A DNA stretch of 64,000 bases from Parasulfuritortus sp. (GCA_036391875.1 DASVZA010000024.1:38003-102002); one strand, 5' to 3'. Shown: positions 45,819 through 56,964, counted from the first letter of the stretch. Made by a program: numbers and translations. The notes: generated by a model from the letters alone, not told the origin.

Positions 45819-47564
45819 TCAGGCGGGTTCCTTCTCCTCGTGGAACTGCAAGGCGTGCAGCCGGCTGTAGATGCCGCCGTGGGCCAGCAGCTCGGCGTGG
45901 CTGCCGATCTCGGCGATGCGGCCCTGGTCCAGGACCACGATCCGGTCGGCGTTCTCGATGGTGGACAGGCGGTGGGCGATCACCAGGGTGGTGCGCCCCT
46001 GCATGAGGTTTTCCAGCGCCGCCTGGACCTGGCGTTCCGATTCGGTGTCGAGGGCCGAGGTCGCCTCGTCCAGGATCAGGATGGGGGCGTCCTTGAGGAT
46101 GGCGCGGGCGATGGCGATCCGCTGCCGCTGGCCGCCGGACAACTTGACGCCGTTTTCGCCGATCAGGGTGTCGAGGCCGTCCGGGGACTCGCGGATGAAG
46201 TCCAGGGCATGGGCGGCCTCGGCGGCGCGCTCGATGTCGGCCCGGGATACCCGGCCCAGGCGGCCGTAGGCGATGTTGGCGGCGATCGTGTCGTTGAACA
46301 GCGTGGTTTCCTGGGAAACCAGGGCGATGTTGGCGCGCAGGCTGTCCAGCTTGATCTGGTTGAGGTCGGTGCCGTCGAGCAGGATGCGGCCCTGACTGGG
46401 CATGTAGAAGCGGGGGATAAGATTGACCAGGCTGGTCTTGCCGCCGCCGGAGCCGCCGACCAGCGCCACGGTTTCGCCGGCGTGGACCTCCAGGTCGATG
46501 CCGGCCAAGGCCGGGCGCGGCTTGTTCGGATAGGCCAAGCGGACGCCTTCGAAGCGCAACGCGCCGCGCGCCCGTTCGATCATGACCGTGCCGGAATCCT
46601 GTTCGTCCTTGAGGTCGATGAGCGCGAATACCGTCTCGGCGGCAGCCAGGCCGCGCTGCAGCGAGCCGTTGATCGACGACAGCCGTTTCATCGGGGCGGA
46701 GAGCATCATCATGGCGACGATGAAGGACACGAAGCCGCCGACCGTGGTCTGGTCCATCGCCGCCTGGCGGGTGGCGATGTAGACGATGATGGCCATGGCG
46801 ATCGCGGCCATGAGCTGGGTGATCGGGTTGTGGGCGTTGTCGGCCGCGGTCTGCTTCATGGCGAAGTGGCGGGCATGCTGGATGACCGCCTCGAAGCGGT
46901 CGTGCTCGTATTGTCGGCCGTCGAACACCTTGACGATCTTCTGCCCGGCGATGCTTTCGTCCAGCACCTGGGTGATATCGCCCAGGTTGCGCTGCAGTTC
47001 GCGGCTGGTGTAGCGCAGGCGGCGGCCGGCGTAGCGGAACACCCAGAGCGCGGGCGGGGCTATGGCGAAGGTCACCAGCGACAGTTTCCAGTTCAGGTAG
47101 AGCAACCAGCCGAGCAGGCCGGCCACGGTCAGGACGTCGCGCACCAGGGTGGTCAGCACGTTGGTCGCGGCGTCGGTCAGCTGGGTCACGTTGTAGGCGG
47201 CATTGGCCACCAACTGGCCCTTGTTGGCGTCGTCGTAGAACGGAACCGGCTGGGCCAGCAGTTTGTCGAACATGCGCCGGCGCAGGTCCATGACCACATG
47301 GTTGCCGACGTAGGCCATGCTGTAGATCGAGACGAACGAGGTGATGCCGCGGACGATGAACAGCGCCACCAGGGCGAGCGGAACCCAGCGGATGACGGCG
47401 GCGTCCTTGGCGACGAAGCTGCCGTCCAGCATCGGCTTCATCAGGGCCGGCAATACCGGTTCGGAAGCGGCCGTCAGCACCATGGTCAGTACCGACAGGG
47501 CGAACATCCGCCAGTGCGGCTTAACGTAGCCGAGCAGATTCAGATAGAGTGTTTTTGAGTCCAT
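45819..47564 (-). CDS. msbA: Lipid A flippase ABC transporter MsbA
   Basis: TMD plus NBD; GGSGGGKT, LSGGQRQR, ILDEATSALD; start 47564. Confidence 0.9.
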   Translation of the reverse strand: MDSKTLYLNLLGYVKPHWRMFALSVLTMVLTAASEPVLPALMKPMLDGSFVAKDAAVIRWVPLALVALFIVRGITSFVSIYSMAYVGNHVVMDLRRRMFDKLLAQPVPFYDDANKGQLVANAAYNVTQLTDAATNVLTTLVRDVLTVAGLLGWLLYLNWKLSLVTFAIAPPALWVFRYAGRRLRYTSRELQRNLGDITQVLDESIAGQKIVKVFDGRQYEHDRFEAVIQHARHFAMKQTAADNAHNPITQLMAAIAMAIIVYIATRQAAMDQTTVGGFVSFIVAMMMLSAPMKRLSSINGSLQRGLAAAETVFALIDLKDEQDSGTVMIERARGALRFEGVRLAYPNKPRPALAGIDLEVHAGETVALVGGSGGGKTSLVNLIPRFYMPSQGRILLDGTDLNQIKLDSLRANIALVSQETTLFNDTIAANIAYGRLGRVSRADIERAAEAAHALDFIRESPDGLDTLIGENGVKLSGGQRQRIAIARAILKDAPILILDEATSALDTESERQVQAALENLMQGRTTLVIAHRLSTIENADRIVVLDQGRIAEIGSHAELLAHGGIYSRLHALQFHEEKEPA

Positions 47565-47603
47565 GGGGGCGCGAATGGAGGGTCCGATTTGGCTAAACGC
47601 CTG

Positions 47604-47633
47604 TTGACGCAACAAAAATTAGCCAATTATAGT
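47604..47633 (+). promoter_or_regulatory. sigma70 promoter of zapB-zapA
   Basis: TTGACG-N18-TATAGT. Confidence 0.5.
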
Positions 47634-47639
47634 GCCGGA

Positions 47640-47831
47640 ATGCTGGAAGAACTGGACACTTTGGAAGCAAAGCTCGCGCAACTGCTGGAACGCTACCAGT
47701 CGATGCGCGCGGAGAACTCACGCCTGCGTCAGCAGGTCGTGGCGGCAGAACATGCCAACAAGTTGCTGACGGAACGGCTGGCCGAAGTCCGCGGGCGGAT
47801 GGAAAGCCTGTTCGACAAACTGCCAGACTAA
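47640..47831 (+). CDS. zapB: Short coiled-coil cell-division protein (ZapB-like)
   Basis: LDTLEAKLAQLL..LRAEN-type heptads; directly upstream of zapA. Confidence 0.7.
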   Translation: MLEELDTLEAKLAQLLERYQSMRAENSRLRQQVVAAEHANKLLTERLAEVRGRMESLFDKLPD

Positions 47832-47854
47832 GAACCGATTTCTAAGTGGGAACC

Positions 47855-48166
47855 ATGCCGCCTGCCAAAACCGTCAGCCTCGATGTCACCATCATGGGGC
47901 GCGAGTTCCGGGTTTCTTGTCCGGAGAACGAGAGGCTGAGCCTGATCGAGGCTGCCAGCTACCTGGACCGCAAGATGCGCGAGATCCGCGACACCGGCAA
48001 GGTGATCGGCGTGGAACGCATCGCCATCATGGCCGCGCTCAACATCACCCACGACTATCTGAACGCGCGGCCGGCCGACCCGGACACCGCCGAAATGCGT
48101 ACCCGCATCGACCGCATCGGCGGACTGCTTGATCAAGCGCTGGCTCAGCAAGATAATCTGTTCTGA
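47855..48166 (+). CDS. zapA: Cell division protein ZapA
   Basis: VTIMGREFRVSCP, ERIAIMAALNI. Confidence 0.92.
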   Translation: MPPAKTVSLDVTIMGREFRVSCPENERLSLIEAASYLDRKMREIRDTGKVIGVERIAIMAALNITHDYLNARPADPDTAEMRTRIDRIGGLLDQALAQQDNLF

Positions 48167-48342
48167 GCCCTGCCGCGTTCGCGAGGTCAGCGTATTCTTT
48201 GAACCGATGCGTAAATCGCATGGCAGCAGTCATCATCCCGGCAGGTGTGCGCGTGGCCCGGTCCATGTACCCGAAGCCGATGTGCTGCAGCCCTCTTGAA
48301 CCACTGGGTTCAGGATTGCTTTCCGGACGGCGTACGCGGGGC
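48167..48342 (+). ncRNA. ssrS: 6S RNA
   Basis: Between zapA and ygfA (conserved synteny); ends pair (GCCCTGCCGCGTTCGC / GCGTACGCGGGGC); CTTGAACC..GGTTCAGG motif. Confidence 0.85.
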
Positions 48343-48353
48343 TCCCTCACACC

Positions 48354-48959
48354 ATGACCACCGACACCACCAGCAAGGCTGGGATCCGGCGCCAGTTGCG
48401 CCGGGCGCGCAGTGCCGTGCCGTTCGAGGTACGCCGTCATGCAGCAGACCAGGCGGTGCGCTTCGCTCTGCGCCAGCGGCTGTTGCACCGCAAGCGCCGG
48501 GCCGGTTTCTACATTCCCACCAAGGGCGAATTCGATTGCCTGCCTCTGGTCAACCGGGCCCTGTGGATGGGCATGAAATGCTTTCTGCCCATGGTGCCGC
48601 CCGCCCGGCAGCGGAGGCTATGGTTTTCGCGCCTGGGTGACGGTCCGCACTGGGCGCTCAACCGCTACGGTATCCCGGAATACGTCCGGCACGACGGCCG
48701 GATACGGGTTTCGGGGCTGGATCTGCTGTTCATTCCCATGCTGGGCTTCGACCGGGCCGGCTACCGCATGGGGATGGGCGGCGGCTACTACGATGCCAGT
48801 CTGGCCTATCTGGCCCGGCGCCGCTATTGGCGCCGGCCGCTGCTGGTCGGCCTCGCTTTCGAAGCACAGGGCCTGGAGCAACTGCCGACCGATCCTTGGG
48901 ACATCCCGCTGGATGCGGTCATCACCGAGCGGGGTTGCCGGCGTTTCAAGCGGTGCTGA
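48354..48959 (+). CDS. ygfA: 5-formyltetrahydrofolate cyclo-ligase
   Basis: GFDRAGYRMGMGGGYYD, WDIPLDAVITE. Confidence 0.92.
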   Translation: MTTDTTSKAGIRRQLRRARSAVPFEVRRHAADQAVRFALRQRLLHRKRRAGFYIPTKGEFDCLPLVNRALWMGMKCFLPMVPPARQRRLWFSRLGDGPHWALNRYGIPEYVRHDGRIRVSGLDLLFIPMLGFDRAGYRMGMGGGYYDASLAYLARRRYWRRPLLVGLAFEAQGLEQLPTDPWDIPLDAVITERGCRRFKRC

Positions 48960-48961
48960 AC

Positions 48962-49132
48962 TCAGGTCAGATGCCATTCCTGGGCCGAGGCCGCCGTACA
49001 GCCATCGGCCCCGCTTTGGCTGCAGCCAAGCGATAAGGGAACGCTGACGAAGGCGATGGTGGCGACCAGCAGCAGCGAGCCGAGGATGGCGCTGAGCATT
49101 TGCCTGGCGAATTCGGTGTCCTGGAATTTCAT
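48962..49132 (-). CDS. 56-aa single-TM small protein (not in ORF track)
   Basis: MKFQDTEFARQMLSAILGSLLLVATIAFVSVPLSLGCSQSGADGCTAASAQEWHLT; AGAGGAGG RBS; fills the gap between ygfA and livF. Confidence 0.7.
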   Translation of the reverse strand: MKFQDTEFARQMLSAILGSLLLVATIAFVSVPLSLGCSQSGADGCTAASAQEWHLT

Positions 49133-49225
49133 GATGCGACCTCCTCTGGTATGTGGAGGCGCCAGTCTGCGACCGTCCGATTAACTCAATCTTAAGCGGA
49201 TTCCCGGCCTCATCGGCCGTTGCCC

Positions 49226-49933
49226 CTACTCGCCCAGGTAGGCGGCCTTGACCATGGGGTCGTCGGCCAGGGCCGTGCTGGCGCCGGACAGCGATACGGC
49301 GCCGCTTTCCATGACGTAGCCGCGCTGGCTGACCTGCAGGGCGAGATGGGCGTTCTGCTCCACCAGCAGGATGGTGACGCCTTCGCGGGCGATCTCGGCG
49401 ATGGTCTGGTAGATCTTCTGCACCATGAGCGGCGCCAGGCCCATGCTGGGTTCGTCGAGCAGCATCAATCTGGGCCGGGCCATGAGCGCGCGGCCCAGGG
49501 CCAGCATCTGCTGCTCGCCGCCGGACAGGGTGCCGGCCAACTGGCTGCGGCGCTCGGCCAGGCGGGGGAACAGGCCGTATACCCGGTCCAGGTCGGCGTG
49601 GATCTGCTTGCTGTCGCGTCGGGTGTAGGCGCCCATGTCGAGGTTCTCGGCCACCGTCAGGCGGGCGAAAATGCCTCGGCCTTCCGGCACCAGGGCCATG
49701 CCGGCGGCGGCGATGGCGTGGGTTGGCCGGCCTTTCAGCCGGCTGCCGGCGAAATGGATTTCGCCGCTGTGGTGGACCAGGCCCATCAGGCCCTTCAGGG
49801 TGCTGCTCTTGCCGGCCCCGTTGGCGCCGATCAGGCAGACCAGTTCGCCTTCCTCGACGGTCAGGTCGATGCCGCGCACGGCCTGGATGCCGCCGTAAGC
49901 CACTTTCAGGTTTTTGGTCTCGAGCAGGCTCAT
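49226..49933 (-). CDS. livF: Branched-chain amino acid ABC transporter ATPase
   Basis: GANGAGKS, LSGGEQQM, LDEPSMGL, VEQN. Confidence 0.93.
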   Translation of the reverse strand: MSLLETKNLKVAYGGIQAVRGIDLTVEEGELVCLIGANGAGKSSTLKGLMGLVHHSGEIHFAGSRLKGRPTHAIAAAGMALVPEGRGIFARLTVAENLDMGAYTRRDSKQIHADLDRVYGLFPRLAERRSQLAGTLSGGEQQMLALGRALMARPRLMLLDEPSMGLAPLMVQKIYQTIAEIAREGVTILLVEQNAHLALQVSQRGYVMESGAVSLSGASTALADDPMVKAAYLGE

Positions 49934-50697
49934 GCGCCGGTCCCGCCCAGGTAGGCCTCGATCACGGCGGGATCGCGGCGGATGTCGTCCGGAATGCCCT
50001 CGGCGATCTTCTTGCCATAGTCGAGCACCGCCACCCGGTCGCAGACGCCCATGACCAGCTTCACGTCGTGCTCGATCAGGAGCAGGGTGATGCCGGATTC
50101 GCGCAGGCGCAGGAACAGCTCGCCCATCTGCTGGCGCTCGTTCGGGTTCATGCCGGCGACCGGCTCGTCCAGGGCGAGCAGCTTGGGGTCGGTGGCCAGG
50201 GCGCGGGCGATCTCCAGCCGGCGCTGGTCACCGTAGGCCAGGTGGCCGGCCAGCGTGCGGCCGCGATTCTTCAGGCCGACGAATTCCATCAGCGATTGGG
50301 CCCGGTCGCGGATCGCCTGTTCCTCGGCCCGGGTGTGCGGGCCGCGCAGCACGGCGCCCAGCACTCCGGCCCGGGTGCGCACATGGCGCCCGACCATGAC
50401 GTTTTCCAGGGCGGTCATGTTGGCGAACAGGCGGATGTTCTGGAAGGTGCGGGCGAAGCCACGGCCGACGATCTCGTGCGGCTTGCGGTTCTGGATCGCC
50501 GTGCCGTCGAGGCGGATGGCGCCGTCGCTGACCGTGTAGAGGCCGGTCATGCAGTTGAACAGGGTGGTCTTGCCGGCGCCGTTGGGGCCGATCAGGCCGT
50601 AGACCTCGCCGGCGCGCACCGACAGGTCGACCGACTCCAGGGCCTGCAGGCCGCCGAAGCGCTTGGTCACGTTTTCCACCGTCAGCATGGCATCCAT
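49930..50697 (-). CDS. livG: Branched-chain amino acid ABC transporter ATPase
   Basis: GPNGAGKT, RTFQNIRLF, LDEP, IEHD; start 50697. Confidence 0.93.
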   Translation of the reverse strand: MDAMLTVENVTKRFGGLQALESVDLSVRAGEVYGLIGPNGAGKTTLFNCMTGLYTVSDGAIRLDGTAIQNRKPHEIVGRGFARTFQNIRLFANMTALENVMVGRHVRTRAGVLGAVLRGPHTRAEEQAIRDRAQSLMEFVGLKNRGRTLAGHLAYGDQRRLEIARALATDPKLLALDEPVAGMNPNERQQMGELFLRLRESGITLLLIEHDVKLVMGVCDRVAVLDYGKKIAEGIPDDIRRDPAVIEAYLGGTGA

Positions 50698-50702
50698 GTC
50701 GC

Positions 50703-51798
<1,096 letters not shown>

Positions 51799-51815
<17 letters not shown>

Positions 51816-52728
51816 CGCGCTCTCCCAGCAGGCCGGACGGACGGAACACCAGGACCAGGATCAGGACCAGGAAGGCGAACACGTCCTGGTAGTTGCTGCC
51901 CAGGAAGCCGCCGGTCAGATCGCCGATGTAGCCGGCGCCGAGGGCCTCGATGATGCCCAGCAGCAGGCCGCCCAGCATGGCCCCGGCGATGTTGCCGATG
52001 CCGCCCAGCACCGCCGCGGAGAATGCCTTGAGGCCGAGCATGAAGCCCATGTAGTAGTGGGCTAGGCCGTAGTAGGCGCTCACCATGACGCCGGCGACGG
52101 CGGCCAGGGCCGAGCCGATGATGAAGGTGGCCGAGATCACCGTGTTGACGTTCACGCCCATCAGTTCGGCCACTTCCCTCGATTGCGCCGTGGCGCGCAT
52201 GGCCCGGCCGAGCCGGGTGCGCTCGACCAGGAAGGTGAGGCCGAGCATGATCAGCACGGAAAGCACGACGATGACCACCTGCAGGTCGGTGACCACCGCG
52301 CCCATGAACTTGTGCGTGCCCTGGGGCAGGATGGGCGGGAAGGAGATGTAGCCGCGGCCCCAGATCAGCATGGCCGCGTTCTGCAGGATGATGGAGACGC
52401 CGATCGCGGTGATCAGCGGTGCCAGACGCGGCGCGCGGCGCAACGGGCGGTAGGCGACCCGCTCGATGACATAGCCCAGTGCCATGCAGGCCGGGATGGC
52501 GACCAGGATGCCGGCCGCCATGACCAGCACGACCGGCAGGTGCGGGTGCATGCCGAGCAGGGCGCCGATCACGGCCAGGGCGACCATGGCGCCGATCATG
52601 GTCACCTCGCCGTGGGCGAAATTGATCAGTTCGAGGATGCCGTAGACCATGGTGTAGCCCAGGGCCACCAAGGCGTAGATGCTGCCCAGTACCAGGCCGT
52701 TGACGAGTTGTTGTACGAAAATATCCAT
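51799..52728 (-). CDS. livH: Branched-chain amino acid ABC permease
   Basis: LGYTMVYGI..INFAHGE, GRAMRA, KAFSAAVLGGIG. Confidence 0.94.
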
Positions 52729-52761
52729 TACTTCAAGGCCCTCCTCCTTGGAGGGCGGCCT

Positions 52762-53922
52762 TCACTGGCTGTTCTTCACCGTTTCCAGGACCGTCCAGGC
52801 GCCGTTCTTGACCTGGTACATGGTCACCGAGCCGCCAGTGACGTCGCCCTTGCTATCGAATTTGATCGGACCGGTGACGCCCTGCATGTCGGTCTTGGGC
52901 AGTTCGGCCAGGATCTTGGCCGGGTCGGCCGAATCGGCGCGCTTCATGGCCGCCACCAGCACGTTCACGGCGTCGTAGGCATAGGGCGCGTAGAGCTGGA
53001 TGGGGCCGTACTTGGCCTCGAACTTCTTCTTGAAGGCCTCGCCGCCGGGCATGGCGTCGAGCGGTAGGCCGGGCGAGGAGGCGATCACGCCCTCGCCGTC
53101 GGCGCCGGCCAGCTTGAGGAAGTTGATGTTCTGCATGCCGTCGCCGCCCAGGAACTGGGCCTTGATCGCCAGGCGCTTCATCTGCTGCACCATCGGGCCG
53201 GCCTGAGGATCCATGCCTCCATAGAAGATGAGGTCCGGCGACTTGCTCTTGATGTTGGTCAGGATGGCGGTGAAGTCGGTCGATTTGTCGCTGGTGTATT
53301 CGCGGTCGACGACCTCGGCGCCGGCGGCCTTGACCGCCTTCTCGAATTCGTCGGCAAGGCCCTGGCCGTAGGCAGTGCGGTCATCGATGATGGCGACCTT
53401 CCGGGCGCCCAGCTTGCCGGCGGCGAAGCGGCCGAGCGCGGTGCCCTGCTGGGCGTCGTTGGCCATGACCCGGTAGGCGGTGTTGTAGCCCTGCGCGGTA
53501 TAGGCGATGGCGGTTGCCGAAGGGGAAATCTGGGGGATGCCGTTGTCGTGATAGATCTTCGAGGCGGGGATGGTGGTGCCCGAATTGAGGTGGCCGATGA
53601 CGGCGACGACGCCTTCGTCGACCAGCTTCTGGGCGACGGTGGTCGCGGTCTTGGGATCGGCGGCGTCGTCCTCGCTGACCAGTTCCAGCTTGACCGGCTT
53701 GCCGCCCAGCTTGAGGCCTTCGGCATTGGCCTCGTCGACGGCCAGGCGGGCGCCGTTGTCGTTGTCCTTGCCGATGTGCGATTGCGCGCCGGTGAGCGGC
53801 GCCACCGACCCGATCCGGATGATGTCCTTGCCGGACGCGGTCGTCTTGCTTTCGCCGCAACCGGCCAGCAGGCCGGCGCAGACCAGTGCCGCGGCGGACA
53901 AACCCCAATAACCCAAACGCAT
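52762..53922 (-). CDS. livK: Branched-chain amino acid ABC substrate-binding lipoprotein
   Basis: Lipobox LAGC; GHLNSG, DRTAYGQGLA, YAPYAYDA. Confidence 0.9.
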   Translation of the reverse strand: MRLGYWGLSAAALVCAGLLAGCGESKTTASGKDIIRIGSVAPLTGAQSHIGKDNDNGARLAVDEANAEGLKLGGKPVKLELVSEDDAADPKTATTVAQKLVDEGVVAVIGHLNSGTTIPASKIYHDNGIPQISPSATAIAYTAQGYNTAYRVMANDAQQGTALGRFAAGKLGARKVAIIDDRTAYGQGLADEFEKAVKAAGAEVVDREYTSDKSTDFTAILTNIKSKSPDLIFYGGMDPQAGPMVQQMKRLAIKAQFLGGDGMQNINFLKLAGADGEGVIASSPGLPLDAMPGGEAFKKKFEAKYGPIQLYAPYAYDAVNVLVAAMKRADSADPAKILAELPKTDMQGVTGPIKFDSKGDVTGGSVTMYQVKNGAWTVLETVKNSQ

Positions 53923-53995
53923 GATGAACCCCTGATGGAACAACCGATTGCGCGATTTATACCACAAGGGGGCGGCGGTTCCGGACCGGATAAAC

Positions 53996-54024
53996 AAAAA
54001 GGGCCGGACAGGCCGGCCCTTTTT
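53996..54024. terminator. Rho-independent terminator after the cytochrome c gene
   Basis: AAAAAGGGCCGG-acagg-CCGGCCCTTTTT. Confidence 0.85.
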
Positions 54025-54039
54025 CGGCTGGTGGTTCTC

Positions 54040-54345
54040 TTACAGGGAGAGAATCCACTTGGCCAGGGCCTTGGCGTCTTCCGGCTTGACTTGCGGCTGG
54101 GCGGGCATGGCGAAGGTGCCCCACACGCCCTTGCTGCCGTTGTGGATGGTGTTGATGATGGTTTCCTCGGCCTTGGCGTCGCCCTTCAGCTTCTTGGCGA
54201 CATCCTTGAAGGCGGGGCCGAAGACCTTCTTGTCGACCTGGTGGCAGCCGAGGCAGGCCTTGGCGGCGGCGGGTTCGGGGGCGGCAGCGGCGGCGGCACC
54301 GGCAAAGGCCAGCATGGCGGCGGCGACGATCAGAGCGGATTTCAT
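54040..54345 (-). CDS. Class I c-type cytochrome (c551/c552-like)
   Basis: Signal peptide, CLGCH, GPAF, GVWG..MP. Confidence 0.92.
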   Translation of the reverse strand: MKSALIVAAAMLAFAGAAAAAAPEPAAAKACLGCHQVDKKVFGPAFKDVAKKLKGDAKAEETIINTIHNGSKGVWGTFAMPAQPQVKPEDAKALAKWILSL

Positions 54346-54430
54346 GGTTTTTCTCCAAATACGAAAATCAAAATTTAAAGGCTTTGAACCGGGAACCGGG
54401 CAGGTGTCTCGTCCGGTATCGGCGCGCATC

Positions 54431-56485
54431 TTAATTCATAGCGTAGCCAGATAGAATAGTGCGCAGTTCAGATAATTGAACTATTTCGGGCAGGCAATTC
54501 GCCCCGGTGCAGACATAAGCCGTAACCCCGGTGCGTGCGGGCTTGTCCAGCGCGGCGGGCAGATCCGTGGTGCCGGACGGGATGGCGAATACCAGTGCGT
54601 GGTCCGGTGTGTCGGGTTGGATCTGTCGCAGCCAGGCGCTCAACTCGGTCTCCGGTCCGCGCAACACGGCGATGCAGGGCGGTGTGAGCAGTTCGTGCAA
54701 GGCGGTCAGCAGGCTGGGCGCCGGGGCGGGCTGGCTGGCCAAGGCGGCGTAGAAGCTGCGTACGGTCCGCTCGCCGGCTTCGATATAGCGCGTATCGCCC
54801 AGGATGTGGCCGAGCCGGATCAGGTTCAGCGCCGCCATGCCGTTGCCCGAAGGTGTGGCGGTGTCGTGCATGGGCTTGGGCCGCAGGATGAGCCGTTCGT
54901 GGTCGTGGCCGGTGAAGTAGAAGCCGCCCCGTTCGCCGTCCTCGAACCGGGCGAGCAGGGCATCGGCCAGCTCTTGCGCCCAGTTCAGTTCCTCGGCCCG
55001 GAAGTCGGCCTGCAGCAGTTCCAGCAAAGCGGCGAGCAGGAAGGCGTAGTCGTCCAGGTAGGCGTCGAACCGGGCCCGGCCGTCTTTGTAGCTGGCCATC
55101 AGTCGGCCATCCAACCAGAGCCGTTGCTTCAGCGCCTCGGCGGCCTGACGCGCCAGCACCAGCCAGTCCGGCCGGTCCATGCGCCGGGCGGCCCGGGCCA
55201 GGCCGCGGATCGTCAGCGCGTTCCAACTGGTCAGCCTCTTGTCGTCGAGGCCGGGGCGGACCCGATCGGACCGGGCCTCGAACAGTTTGCGCCGGGCGCT
55301 GTCCAGGCGGCGCTGTGCTTCGTCGACCGCGAGGTTCAGGTCTTCCGCAACAGCATGCGGCGACTTGGCCACGGACAGGTGCCAGTGTTTCTCTTCGAAG
55401 TTGGCCGGCCGGGTCAGGCCCCAATGGGGCGCGGCCACGGCGTATTCCTCATCGCTCAACAGGGCGCGCACCTGATCCGGTGTCCAGACGTAGAACTTGC
55501 CTTCCTCGTGTTCGGAGTCGGCATCCAGGGCTGAGTAGAACAGCCCCTCGGGCGAGCGCATCTCGCGCGTCAGCCAGTCGACGGTCATCTCCGCCGTCCG
55601 GGCGAACAGCGGTTCCTGCGTCCGGGCCCAGGCATCGGCGTAGAGGCCGAGCAGGGGGCCGTTGTCGTAGAGCATCTTCTCGAAGTGGGGGATGAGCCAC
55701 ATGGCGTCGGTCGAGTAGCGATAGAAGCCGCCGCCGACCTGATCGAACAGGCCGCCCTCGGCCATCTTGGCCAGGGTGAACAGAATCTGGTCGCGGGCCT
55801 CGGCGTCGCCCACGTGCAGCATGAATTCGAGTTCGGCCGGCCGAGGGAACTTGGGTGCGCCGTTGTAGCCGCCGCGTTCGGCATCGAACCCGCCCTTGAT
55901 GTCGGCCACGGCGGTGCGGATCGGGCGCTCGCCCAGTTCCAGCGGCAGGGGACCGGCCGGCATCGATTCGGCCAGTGCGCGCAGCACCTCGTCGTTCTGC
56001 GCCTCGATCTCGCCGCGCCGTTCGCGCCAGGCATGGGCCACGCTTTCCAGCAGTTGGACGATGCCGGGCAGGCCGAAGCGGGGTTCGCGCGGGAAGTAGG
56101 TGCCGCCGAAGAAGGGTGTCTGGTCCGGGGTCAGGAACATGGTCAGGGGCCAGCCGCCGGCGCGGCGGGTCAGCGTCTGCAAGGCGGTCTGGTAGATCTG
56201 GTCGAGGTCGGGCCGTTCCTCGCGGTCCACCTTGATGTTGACGAACAGACGGTTCATCACCGCGGCGACGGCCTCGTTCTCGAACGATTCGTGCGCCATG
56301 ACGTGGCACCAGTGGCAGGACGAGTAGCCGATCGAGAGCAGGATCGGCTTGTCCTCGCGTTTGGCCAACTCCAGTGCGTCAGGGCCCCAGGGGTGCCAGT
56401 CGACCGGGTTGTCCCGGTGCTGGAGCAGGTAGGGGCTGGTTTCTTGGGCGAGCGCGTTGGCCATGTCGGACATCCGTGAGGGCAT
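54431..56485 (-). CDS. Thioredoxin-domain/six-hairpin protein (YyaL/DUF255 family)
   Basis: [46 protein letters not shown]; start may be 56464. Confidence 0.88.
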   Translation of the reverse strand: MPSRMSDMANALAQETSPYLLQHRDNPVDWHPWGPDALELAKREDKPILLSIGYSSCHWCHVMAHESFENEAVAAVMNRLFVNIKVDREERPDLDQIYQTALQTLTRRAGGWPLTMFLTPDQTPFFGGTYFPREPRFGLPGIVQLLESVAHAWRERRGEIEAQNDEVLRALAESMPAGPLPLELGERPIRTAVADIKGGFDAERGGYNGAPKFPRPAELEFMLHVGDAEARDQILFTLAKMAEGGLFDQVGGGFYRYSTDAMWLIPHFEKMLYDNGPLLGLYADAWARTQEPLFARTAEMTVDWLTREMRSPEGLFYSALDADSEHEEGKFYVWTPDQVRALLSDEEYAVAAPHWGLTRPANFEEKHWHLSVAKSPHAVAEDLNLAVDEAQRRLDSARRKLFEARSDRVRPGLDDKRLTSWNALTIRGLARAARRMDRPDWLVLARQAAEALKQRLWLDGRLMASYKDGRARFDAYLDDYAFLLAALLELLQADFRAEELNWAQELADALLARFEDGERGGFYFTGHDHERLILRPKPMHDTATPSGNGMAALNLIRLGHILGDTRYIEAGERTVRSFYAALASQPAPAPSLLTALHELLTPPCIAVLRGPETELSAWLRQIQPDTPDHALVFAIPSGTTDLPAALDKPARTGVTAYVCTGANCLPEIVQLSELRTILSGYAMN

Positions 56486-56508
56486 GCCCGCAGTTTAGCC
56501 TTGCCGGG

Positions 56509-56537
56509 CTAATCCCGACAAACGAAGTCGGGATTAG
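56509..56537. other. 11-bp perfect hairpin overlapping a stop codon
   Basis: CTAATCCCGAC-aaacgaa-GTCGGGATTAG. Confidence 0.55.
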
Positions 56538-56953
56538 GGTTTTTCTTCGAGCCGGTAGCTGGCGTGGCAGGCATTGCAGTTCTGCATGATTTCGCTCAAC
56601 TGCTTCATGCTGTGACCGGGGTCGCCCAGGCCTTCGGCGTCGGTGGCCAGGTTGTCGAAACCGGTGTGGGTCGCCTGGCCGAGTTCCTTGAACGGCAATG
56701 GGAAGCGCATGCGGGTGCTCATCGGCACCTTCTTGGCGCCGGCCATGCCCAGTTCATGGGCCGCGGTGGCGACCGACTTCATGTCGTTGTCGGCGATGCC
56801 GGCGGCGATCCGCTGGACGCCCTCCAGGAAGCCGCGCATCTCCTCCTTCACGGCCGCCGCTTCGTCAGCGGACACGGGCAGGGGCTGGCGGGCATCCTCT
56901 GCCTGGGCGGGCAGGGCGGCGAGGCAAAGTGCGGCGCAGAGCAGATAACGCAT
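56534..56953 (-). CDS. Helical c-type cytochrome with C-terminal heme motif (class II/c'-like)
   Basis: Signal peptide; helical body; CNACH near the C-terminus. Confidence 0.8.
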   Translation of the reverse strand: MRYLLCAALCLAALPAQAEDARQPLPVSADEAAAVKEEMRGFLEGVQRIAAGIADNDMKSVATAAHELGMAGAKKVPMSTRMRFPLPFKELGQATHTGFDNLATDAEGLGDPGHSMKQLSEIMQNCNACHASYRLEEKP

Positions 56954-56964
56954 GGCGGATTCCT

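Noticed and set aside
56296-56325. CHWCH in the YyaL protein as a c-type heme site
   Set aside because: No signal peptide; this is the family's thioredoxin-like CxxC motif
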